Shown: positions 1 through 10,186 of the stretch, one piece after another
Layout: every line of letters begins with the position of its first letter
Numbering within the stretch: the stretch's first letter is position 1
Assembly: GCA_030390025.1 (NCBI GenBank)
Contig: CM059425.1
Location: 168,332,001-168,396,000, forward strand
Direction of reading: 5' to 3'
Source of the DNA: Squalus acanthias
Lineage: Eukaryota
DNA: 64,000 bases
Notes under the pieces: model-generated
Database searches by the model: none
What the model was told of the DNA's origin: nothing
The model's input: the letters and a program-made list of their open reading frames with translations, nothing else
Program-made: the position numbers and the translations under genes

Positions 1-660
1 CTCTTCTGTCTGGCAGTCACCCATTCCCTGTCTGCCTGCGTACTCCTTAGTTGCGGGGTGACCACCTCCTGAAACATGCTATCCACGTAGCTCTCAGCCT
101 CGCGGATGCACCGCAGTGACGCCAGCTGCTGCTCAAGCTCAGAAACCCGGAGCTCGAGCTCCTCCAGCTGACGACACCTCCTGCACACGTGGTTGTCCAG
201 GACATGGGAAGCGTCCTGGAGTTCCCACATGGCACAGGATGTGCATTCCGCTGGACCGAACTGCCCTGCCATGCCTTTATTTAGTTGACTATTAATTAAC
301 TTTTTTAAAGTAACTTAACAGAAATAAACTTAAGGCTTAAAAACAACAATCACCAACTACTCACCAATCAGCTCCTTCACTTGTGCTGATGTCATTTACC
401 TCGCTCTCTGACACTTGTGCTCACTCCGGGCTCTTGGGCCTACCTTTATCTGCGGCTGCTCCTCTCGCTGTCCCGCAGGTCTGCTCTCATGTCTATTAAC
501 TTAGAGACCTTGGGATCTGTGGCTCCACTCCTCCTTTTCAGTCAGACGTCTCCACCGCCATCCTCCTCTCCACCAATTCCTGCACTCACCAAATTCCTCC
601 ACTCTGCTTGCAATTCGCTCTATTTGCAAATCTCCCAGCTCTGTCTCCAAGCTCTGTGCT
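1..660 (-). mobile_element. CR1 LINE 5' end: 5' UTR and ORF1 N-terminus (ATG at 272, running off the left edge)
   Basis: Translates MAGQFGPAECTSCAMWELQDASHVLDNHVCRRCRQLEELELRVSELEQQLASLRCIREAESYVD: CxxC..CxxC zinc finger plus leucine zipper typical of CR1 ORF1; UTR extent approximate. Confidence 0.8.
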
Positions 661-689
661 CAAGCTTACACAGAACCAGTAGAAATTAA

Positions 690-1033
690 TCAGCAACTAA
701 CCTGAGAGTGGTTGCTGATCCCTTTAAATATCACTGGTGGGGCTCCTTCCTGCTGCTGAACTCATGCGAGGTGAAGATAGGGCGTTAGCTCCAGCGTTGA
801 GGACGAAAATGGCAGTGCTGGCGTCAAATCAGCGTTGCACACAGATTGACATCACGATCTGCCTACTCTACATACTTCCGGCACACGGTCCTAACACCTA
901 CGGCCCTCACCAAAATGGCGTCCTGCGCAGCCCGCACCAGAAGTCTGCACGGGTGGCACGGACGCCATTTTCAACACAAAACGGCACCTATAGCGCCAAA
1001 AAATCGGGCGCTGCAGTGCCAAATTTCTAGCCC
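690..1033. mobile_element. Harbinger-type element terminal fragment
   Basis: Ends in TIR-like aaatttctagccc; 820-860 is an inverted match to 52443-52490 of the Harbinger element at 52276. Confidence 0.6.
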
Positions 1034-1631
1034 AGCTATATAAATGCAAGTTGTTATTGTTATCCTCTTTTTGTTTTAACTTTTGCTCAAAACAAGTCAA
1101 AACAAATAATTAATTCTATTTACTACTTATGTAAAATCAAGTTCCCCCACTCCCACAGAATGTATGTTTGCAGAATCTCAATACCTGGTCACATCTTCTT
1201 CAGGTCCATGTTGTTGCCTATTAATTCCACTGGAGGGCACCAGATGTTACTTTCCTTGCTCCATATTGTCGATTGGTCCACCCAAAAGGAATGCCACGCT
1301 ATATTGTTAATGTTGGTATAAACAATTATTGATTTCCATGTAGCTGACCATCCCAAAACTGTCAAAATATTATAGTGCCTGTATCATAATGTTTGTATAC
1401 CCTCAGTTCTCACCATGCCATCTTTATTATCCTTTCCCCAATACCATGTCACCTCTACTGCTGTCAGTACACTAACCTGATTCAGCATGATGATCGACGG
1501 ATACAATATAAAAAGTTAAAAGTAAATTTGATCATAAAAACCCAGCAGACTATATATTACAAAGAATAATAAGTAGCTGGCAGCGACTTTAAGGCAGTAA
1601 CTTAAACTCAAGGTTTTATTATAAAGAAATA

Positions 1632-2075
1632 ACTTGCATTTATATAACACCTTTCATGACCTCAGGATGTCCTAAAGTGCTTCACAACCAATGAAGTACT
1701 TTTGAAATGTAATTACTATTACTAATACAGGGACATACCCAGCCAACACGTGCACAGAAAGATCCCACAAACAACAATCAGATAAATCACCAATTAATCT
1801 GTTTTCCAATGGTGTTGATTGAGGGATAAATGTTGGCTGGCACATCGGAAGAACTCTGTTACTCTTCTTCGAATTAAGCTATGGGATCTTTTATGTCCAC
1901 CTGAGAGGGTAGACAGGGCCTTGGTTTAATATCTCATACAAAAGATACATGTCATACATACTCTGACAGTACAGCACTCCCTCAGTGCAACACTGAAGGG
2001 TCAGTCTAGATCATGGGAGTGGGGCTTCAACCCACAACCTTCTGAGAGTGCTATGACTAAGCCAAAGCTGACACC
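1632..2075 (-). mobile_element. Old tRNA-derived SINE (SacSINE1/DeuSINE-like); related fragments at 2129-2185, 21290-21380 and 59330-59455
   Basis: tRNA-like head (box B gggttgaagccc) and the recurrent tail tatataaatgcaagt; family name from recall. Confidence 0.6.
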
Positions 2076-3630
2076 TGCTGGCAATAATAAACTGCTCTCT
2101 CCTTGTTTATAAAAGAAAGAAAAGAAAGACTTGCATTTATTTAGCACCTTTCATGAACTCAGTACGTCCCAAAGCACTTCGCAACAAAGCAATGCTTTCC
2201 TACTCGAGTGGTGTTCAATTATGAAAAAAGATAGACATTTTTCACTAAAAGAAGAATGTGTTGCCTCTATTGTTGCTTCTATGTGTGTTGTATTTTGGGT
2301 GAAGTGAATTTGTGTTATTGTTTGTCACATACTTGCAATGTGGATGAATTGTTAGTTGCTCTAATTAATGGTCATCATGTAAAACTGATGGTTTTGTAAG
2401 ATTTTGTCACCATATTGTGGCGTTTGTAACCACAAGCAAGCTCCTCTGAAAATACTGTTATTTTACAGTGTGCTTCAGAAAAATGTTTTAATGGCAAGAT
2501 TATGAAATTTTAAGAAGCAAAGGTTTTCATTTTTCATCAAAATTAAAACAGAGAATTTCTAGCAGTGAATCAAATCAGCAGCACATTTACATCGCATCCC
2601 AGCACTCCATATTACTGTGTATAAAGTATCTCAGTATATATCATGGTAAGAATATTCCTTTTGACATGCCCTAGATTTTTCATCCAGTTTAAAATTTTGC
2701 CCATTTGCAGTGTTCTTCCACATATATCACTCAGCTCCTCAGCATGCAAGTTTCCTATCATTTTTTATCCTTTAAAAATGTTTTGACTCATACACAACAC
2801 TGAATAAACAGACAGCGTGCCATTTAGGCATATGGAATGTGCTTCTTTTTATAGCACAGTCTGAGAAAATGGAAAATTCTGATCTTGTGTTATTTTTGGA
2901 TGTGCTGCAGAAATGTTACCGCAAATGTTGAAAATGACTCAGTGACGAGCCAACATCATAAGTGTTTCTAAATAAAGTGTAAAATGTCCGTATGACGTTT
3001 CCATTCTGGAGTTTAACTTTCCTAATAAACAGTGATACATAGGATGCTTAGAATAATTGGGCAATGATTTAAGCTCCAAAAATAGAGAAACTAAGAAACG
3101 TTGAAGTTGCCAGAAGTTTTTTTTATGACCAGAGGTTGTACCAACATTTGCTTTTTGCACCAATGCTGAATTTTCTTTAGAATTTATGCAAATTTTCACC
3201 ACCAATTGTTCTCCCCTTCCTCTCTTGAAGGTGAGAAGTCGCACAACACCAGGTTATAGTCCAACAGCTTTATTTGAAATCACTCCAATTACTCAGCAAG
3301 TTTATTCAGTGAGTAACTAAACCCTTTGCACCAGAAGGCACCCAGGTCCAATTGTGGTGTGTGCTGATTTAGCAAGTTTCAGCAAGGGCAGTCACAGTGG
3401 TCTTGGTGCTCATTGGGGTGGGAGTTGAGAAATAAGCCAGGTTTCCTCTCCTGATTCTTATTTAGCAGGTCCCCCTTCTCCCAATGCTGGAAGTGTATGT
3501 GTGTATAGTTGAGGTAGAATAGGATTCAGCTGCTTGTGATACTCTCCGTGGCTGAATACTCTGCCATCATTCACTATCAAAGCTCACACGTGAATAGCAG
3601 TCAGCAAAGAGTGAACATCTTCAAGAGAGG

Positions 3631-4260
3631 TCATGATGCGGAGATGCCGGCGTTGGACTGGGGTGGACAAAAATGAGAAGTCGCACAACACCAGGTATAG
3701 TCCAACAGATTTATTTAAAATTACAAGCTTTCGGAGCTATCCTGCTCCTTCTTCAGGTAAAGTTACTGTGAGAGAATCTACAAGAATTCACAGAATATAA
3801 ACACAGAGAAAATGCAGAGATTCAATCTTTCCCTACATCAAAGACACACTAAGAGCACAGCCAAGACAATGAGATGTGTCCCAGGGGGTCCAACATGTCA
3901 AAACACCTGCTGGCTGCATATCCTCTCCATTTGGGTTTGTTTTTTGTGTTTGTTTCTTGTGTTTGTTTTTTTTTTAAACTGGAAAGACAGGCAACGATGT
4001 CAAGTCACGTTCTGTAGCGTGACATGAACCCGATATCCCGATTGAGGCCGTCCTCATGAGTGCGAAACTTGGCTGTGCTCTTAGTGTGTCTTTGATGTAG
4101 GGAAAGATTGAATCTCTGCATTTTCTCTGTGTTTATATTCTGTGAATTCTTGTAGATTCTCTCACAGTAACTTTACCTGAAGAAGGAGCAGGATAGCTCC
4201 GAAAGCTTGTAATTTTAAATAAATCTGTTGGACTATAACCTGGTGTTGTGCGACTTCTCA
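3631..4260. mobile_element. Penelope-like element family B: inverted pLTR insertion (minus copy with ORF end, 3' UTR and tail; plus-strand pLTR 4068-4260)
   Basis: 3675-3865 is the reverse complement of 4068-4260; minus strand encodes AKFRTHEDGLNRDIGFMSRY as in the 53-54 kb ORF end; flanked by duplicated catcttcaagagagg (3616-3630, 4259-4273). Confidence 0.88.
4173..4212 (+). ncRNA. Minimal type I hammerhead ribozyme in Penelope pLTR (mirror copy on minus strand at about 3720-3760)
   Basis: ttac-CTGAAGA-a-ggagc(aggata)gctcc-GAAA-gctt-gtaa: stem I, conserved core, stem II and palindromic AAGCTT. Confidence 0.8.
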
Positions 4261-4580
4261 TCTTCAAGAGAGGAAGGGGAGAACAATTGGTGGTGAAAAT
4301 TTGCATAAATTCTAAAGAAAATTCAGCATTGGTGTATAAAGCAAATGTTGGTACAACCTCTGGTCATAAAAAAACTTCTGGCAACTTCAACGTTTCTTAG
4401 TTTCTCTATTTTTGGAGCTTAAATCATTCTCAATTTTTAAATCTTCTAAGTTATTGATTTTAAAATGTTCTAACCAATAGTTTCCTATATATTATAATCA
4501 ACTTCAGTAAGAAGTATCTCAAACCCTCTGGCAGTATATTAACATGGTCAGCTCTGACTGCCAGGATAGACAGAGACTTC

Positions 4581-6492
4581 AGGGGAATTTTATTGTTGGG
4601 GGCGGGACTGCTGTGAAAGGATTATTACTAGTCCTAGCCCTTTTCAGGCTAACCCGGATCAGGTGCATTCCCCAGACTTTCACCTTCAACTAAAATTAGA
4701 GGTAGCCGGATCCTAAAGACGCTTAATTGGGTCTAAAGGTCCAGACTATCTCTCCCTAAAGGAAAGGAACGACCTGAAAATGTTACCGTCCTCCAGATAG
4801 CACTTTTAATAAGTTTAGCTAGACTGTAACCTTCCGGATATTATGAGGGCCCAGAAAACTCCCCCAGAATTCTGCAACTCCTCACCAAAGAGTGTACAGA
4901 GATTGAGTTCGCGAGTTTGATACAGAAGTACTATTCGAGACAATTCTAAAAAAATATAGATTTATTAAAGAACTGACATGTAGTTTACAGTTGGTGATTC
5001 AATCGCAACTTTAACAATTCCAAAAACAAAAAGCTTACAATTCTTATCATCAGAGATCCTTATTCTCAAATCTTAACTTCGTTACATTTTTACATTTCTT
5101 ACTTAGTCTTATTCCAGGACATCCACCAAAATCAAATACCTTGATCCCCAAGACTCAAAGAGTTGAAAACTTACAGAGATTGCCTCTGAAGCTGAGAATC
5201 GCTTTGCCTCTTTCAGCGAATTCTGTCTTCCTATTTGAAAGTTCTATATTTATACTCTTTCTCAGTGGTATATCCTTTGAAGTTTTCTGCTGATGTAAGC
5301 TAATTATCTCTCGTCATTTTTCTGTTGACCCCTTCTATTCTTAGTTAGTTCAGCTTGTAGCATTCAGAATCGTGTCTCTACCTTTAGGTGTTTCTAGCTT
5401 ATCATAAAAAATGGTTGTAACAGATGTATCTATTTGATGTCATTCTCACGAAGGTCTTCTATTCAATTCTTAAGTCACCTTAGCTGGTTGTAAGCAGACT
5501 TCGTGTCTCCTAGGTGTTCCAAGTTCAACACAAAAACAATGTGATGGCTGTTGCATCTATTGATGTCATATTTATGAAAGTCTTCTGTTTGTATCTTTTT
5601 CATTTAGAACACCTCGACCAGATGCATCATTGTCTTCTTAGCTACCTCAGTTGGTTGTATTCAGACTTGTGTCTCCATGTTTCATTTGATGTCATATTTA
5701 TGAAGGCATATGTTTCTTTAATTTATGTGAGTCATTTCAAAGTGTTGGTTTAAGACACCTTTAACTGGGTATGGTATTGTCTTTTTTCCAAGCTGCAGAC
5801 TTTCTGGAAGCTCTAACCCTCTGCTTCAATAGGGCTTTTGTTTCAGTGTCAACAACTTATCTTATCTCAAAAGCCTGTATGGTGTTTACAGCTTTTCATT
5901 GTTGAGGCTTCCAGATTTCCAAGCCCAGTTTGTCATGTGTAATAAAGTCAAAATTCTTTCATAGGATGGTGTATTTTTCTGAATATGGCTATTCCTTCAC
6001 AGCTGCTTGTTGGGTTTCAGTCCCGCCCCCAATGACGTCCGGCCAACCCACGCTATTTTCCCTTGATTGACCTTGTTAAGCCCACTTTTTCTAACACTTT
6101 TCACTCACCTCACACACTTACCTCTCCACACTTGCACCCATCACTCACCTCCACAGCGCACTTTTCGAACCCCCTGACCCCCGCAGACCCACTGCTCACC
6201 TCGCTAACCCTGGCGGGGTTTCCCGATGTTGGAAAGCTCGCACTTCTGTTGGTAAAATGTGGATAATCCTTTTAACTGCCTGTTAACTACCTGTTAACAG
6301 GCAGTTAAGTGGCTGTAATCCCCTTCCCGCCTCGAGGAGACAGGTCCCAGCGCGAGTCGGGGACCCGCCTCCTGGGAAGATGGCACGGAGGCGGGTTGGG
6401 GGTGGGTTCGGTACCCGCTCCCAGTTTCTGCCATTTTCCCGGCAGTCCCGCCTCCAAACCCGCCTTCCCAGTGCTGGCAAAATTCCCCCCCC
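4581..6492. mobile_element. Non-autonomous Harbinger-type element (MITE) interrupted by a solo LTR
   Basis: TIRs ggggaatttt/aaaattcccc, TTC on both sides; internal sequence is an inverted homologue of 59933-60777. Confidence 0.7.
4612..6001 (-). mobile_element. Solo LTR of about 1.39 kb (ERV or LTR retrotransposon)
   Basis: TG(TG)AAAGGA...TTCCTTCA(CA) termini; splits a MITE sequence that is contiguous in the 60.7 kb copy; minus-strand TATAAA 5249-5254 and AATAAA 4961-4966; TSD is 5 or 6 bp with one mismatch depending on the end chosen. Confidence 0.8.
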
Positions 6493-6622
6493 TTCAGTTC
6501 ACCCTGAAGTAGCACTGCATAGGAGCACTAGGACAGACAAAGGCATACAGAAGACAGGCACTAAGGGTTAGCACAAGGGTGATTCATCATTAATTCTGTT
6601 AACTATTAGATGCAGTTGGAAT

Positions 6623-7900
6623 TCAGTTGTTGATAACTTTGTTTTTTGTTCTGGATTTGGTGTTGGTGTCTATATTTGTAGTGAAGTGAGGGCAAGAGAA
6701 ATAAGGTTGAACTGAAGGAAGGCAATCGGATGGTGGTAGTAAGGACGGTGGTGATAAGGATTGAGGATGGGAGGGATGGTTCACGTGACATGTACTTAGA
6801 TGAGCTACTCTCTGTGCTCTGGCAGCTAGGGACGCTGGTGGTCGATGTTGCGCCTGCTCTTCCTCCTCTTCATGCTCCTCCTCCTCCTCCTCCTGCACTT
6901 CTTGCTGCCCAGGTGGTGGGAAGGGCTGGTCTCTCATGATGGCAAAGTTGGATACTCTGGAAAATCTGGATACCTGCTCAGGGCTGCACTGCAAAACTCC
7001 TCCTGAATGGTCGAGGAAGTGGAATTGTTGCTTGAGCATGCCGACTGTCTGCGCAATGACGTTTCTGATGGCAGCAGGGCTCTCGTTGTACACCAGCTCT
7101 GCAGCTGTGCCTGGGTTCCTGACAGGAGTCACGAGCCATGTCTGAAGGGGATAGCCCTTGTCGCCCAGTAACCAGCCTGTAACCTAACAGCCCAGCTGGA
7201 ATAAAGGCGGCACAAAGGACTGGCGCATGATGAATGAGTCATGACTGCTTACAAAAAACAGGACAGAGACCTGCATGATACGCTGCCTGTGGTCACAAAC
7301 AAGCTGGATGTTGAGGGACTAGAATCCCTTTCTATTGAGAAAGATGTCAGGCTGGTGATGGTGAGCACGCAAGACAAAGTAAGTGCAATCTATGGCATCT
7401 TGGAGCCTGGGGACGCCTGCAATGCGTGCAAAGTCTAGTCCTCTTTTGTCCTGCTTCGCTCTGCTCATGGGGAGCGAGATGTAGATGTTTCTCCTGGTGA
7501 AGAGAGCCTCGGTGACTTCCCTGATACAGTGGTGGACTACAAATTGTGAGATGTCGCTGATGTCACCTGCTGAAGCCTGGAAGCAGCCTGTGGCATAAAA
7601 GTTAAGGGCCATGGTGACCTTGACAGCCGCAGGCAGTGCTGTCCATGCCCTGGTATGAGGCTCGGATTGTGGCTGCAGGAGGTCACACAGCTCAGTGACA
7701 ACCTGCTTTATGAAGCGGAGGCACCTGATACATTAATCCTCCAAGAAATTGATATTGAAGTGCTTCCTGAAGACTTGCTGTGGATATGGCCTCCTGTGTA
7801 GTGTCCTCCTCTCTCTTCTGCGAGCTGCTCCTGTTCTCTCCTGTTTTCCTTGTTGCTGCCCCTCCTCTTCCAACCTCAGGCAGCCCTACCAGACCACACA
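6623..7900 (-). pseudogene. Decayed Harbinger (HARBI1-like DDE) transposase
   Basis: ALNFYATG.FQ...[36 protein letters not shown]......RN.I.QT.G.LK..F..LD motifs; broken by frameshifts and stops. Confidence 0.88.
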
Positions 7901-8003
7901 TGACTACAGTGTGCTCAACAATTGCAGAATAATGTGCTGAATTTCAGGAAGACCTAGTCCTTCTGTTGTTTGTTCAGCCTTGCCAATAGTACTGGAATTT
8001 TCA

Positions 8004-9660
8004 ATAATAAAAACAGAAAATGCTGGAAATACTCAGAGGGTCAGACAGCATCTGTGGAGAGAGAAACAGTTTCAGGTCGTTGAACTTTCATCAGAACTGG
8101 AAAATGTTACAAATGTAAAAGGTTTTAAGCAAGGGGGGAGGGGAGGAAAGAACAAAAGGGAAGGTCTATGATAGGATGGAAGGCAGGAGAGATTAAGGGG
8201 GAAAAATTCGGTTGCTTTGCGCCTCCCGTTAGCGTCCTAAGAGGGCGCTAATGGGGCGCAAAGCAACTAGCGCCCGGGCACAGCGATGTTTGCGCCGCTC
8301 GTGAAATTGACCAGATATTTTGCAGCGGCACTAAACACTACCACCACGATCTCCTGCGCCCGCAGATCGTGACGTCAGTCAAGCGTGCAATGCCCCGGTA
8401 GCGCCCCGGAGCGGATATTGAGTGGCGTCCCCTGCTTTTCCACCTACCGCTAGCAACGACAGGTAGAGGGGAACGTTTTGCAGTCGGAAGGGACTCGGGG
8501 AGCACTATTTAAAGGCGACCACTTCCTGACTTTTTTTGTCGGCGACATTTTTGCACCACGCATTCTGAGAGAGAGAGAGAGAGACTTCTGGAGACATTCA
8601 ACGCTGTGTGAAGGAGTTTTGGGTACTGAGCAGCACTTTGCAGGTTCATTTTGATTTGACCTTCCTTGCATCGATTTAGAAGAGTCTATGGGGGCTGCAC
8701 TCTGAGCTGTTTCCCTGGGCCTCTCCATTGTTCTTTCCAGCAGAATTGATGTACAGGCCTCTCCAGGCCGAGATTCATGGCTGCAATGAGCAGGGTGTGG
8801 ATGGAGAGCAAGATTGACCCTCCCCTTTAAGAACTGGCCGGCGCCAGTGTGTCTGTGTTCCATTGCTAACTGACATCACATGAGCTTCGCCAGCGCTCTG
8901 AGGTAGCGCCTCGCTCCTCGGCGTTAGCGCCTTAAGAGAGGTGTGTAACACCTGATTTAGCGCTCCAATCACCTCCAGGGGCAATAGAAGCCAAGTTTGC
9001 AGTCGGAGGCGATAGAAAGCGGCAGGCGCTAAATTTTGCGCCCGGCTGATAATTGCGCCCCAAATGGGGCGATACCGAATTTCTCCCCCTAAATGACAAA
9101 AGGGATGATGGTGCAAGGCAAAAGGTAACGGTAATAGGAAAAGTAAAAAAACAAGATGGGTCTGGAGGAGGTGTAAATGACAAAAGCAGAATCATTACCA
9201 GCAACTGCTGTCCGAAAAAATGGGAGCGGTGGTTATGATCTGAAACAGTTGAACTCAATGTTGAGTCTGGAGGGCTGCAAAGTGCATGATCCAAAGATAA
9301 GGTGCTGTTCCTCGAGCTTCCATTGATCGTCATTAGTAGGAGGCTGAGGACAGAGAGGTCAGAGTGGGAGTGGAACGGAGAATTAAAGTGACAAGGAACT
9401 AGAAGCTCAGGGTCATACTTGCAGACTGAGCGGAGATGATCACCCAATCTCCATTTGGCCTCACCAATGTAGAGGAGGCCGCATCGTGAGCAGTGAATAC
9501 AGTATAGTAAATTGAAAGAAGTACAAGTAAATCACTGTTTCACCTGTTTGGGGCACTGGAGGGCGGGGAGGGAGGAGGTAAAAGGGCAGGTGTTGCATCT
9601 CTTGCACTTGCGCGGGAAGGTGCCGGGCGAAGGAAAGGGGATGTAGGGGTGATTGAAGAG
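8004..9660 (-). mobile_element. Penelope-like family A 3' fragment (GIY-YIG end plus 3' UTR), interrupted by a MITE
   Basis: Homologous to 28470-29300; 11-bp TSD tggaattttca at 7993-8003 and 9661-9671. Confidence 0.85.
8197..9089. mobile_element. Harbinger-type MITE with TAA TSD
   Basis: TIRs GGGGGAAAAATTCGGT / ACCGAATTTCTCCCCC; TAA on both sides; removing it restores the Penelope UTR gagattaa-atgacaaaaggg seen in other copies. Confidence 0.9.
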
Positions 9661-9808
9661 TGGAATTTTCAGCAGTGCTCAGCATCTATTGTGTTGATTC
9701 TTTGTGTACTCTGCCAATGAGATAAAAACATCAGCCAGTCTAACATGTCTAATTATATGAGTACAGTTGTGACTATTTTAATCTGTTGAACGGACCATTA
9801 CATTTGTT

Positions 9809-10168
9809 CACAAAAGGCAAAATACTGCGGAAACTGGAAATCTGAAATGTAAACAGAAAATGCAGGAAATACTCAGCAGGTCAGGCAGCATCTGTGAAGA
9901 GAGAAACAGAGTTAACTGTTCAGGTCTGTGACCTTTCGTCAGAACTGGAAAATGTTGGCGATGTAACAGGTTTTAAGCAAGTACAGAGACAAGGAAAGTG
10001 AGGGGGGGGGAGGAAAGAACAAAAAGGGAAGGCCTGTGATAGGGTGGAGGGCAGGAGTGATTAATTGACAAAAGGGATGATGGTGCAAGGCAAAAGGGGA
10101 TGGTAATGGTACAAGTAAAGAAACAAAAGATGGGTCTAGAGGAGCTGTAAATGGCAACAGCATTTACA
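9809..10168 (-). mobile_element. Penelope-like family A 3' UTR/pLTR fragment
   Basis: Matches the family A 3' end including its hammerhead region; 12-bp TSD attacatttgtt (9797-9808, 10169-10180). Confidence 0.85.
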
Positions 10169-10186
10169 ATTACATTTGTTTGTTTG

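Noticed and set aside
1225..1242. CTCF-like motif ccactggagggcac
   Set aside because: A single imperfect motif is expected by chance in 64 kb; no supporting evidence
6623..7612. Host HARBI1 gene
   Set aside because: Multiple frameshifts and stops, nested insertions and related decayed copies nearby indicate a transposon fossil
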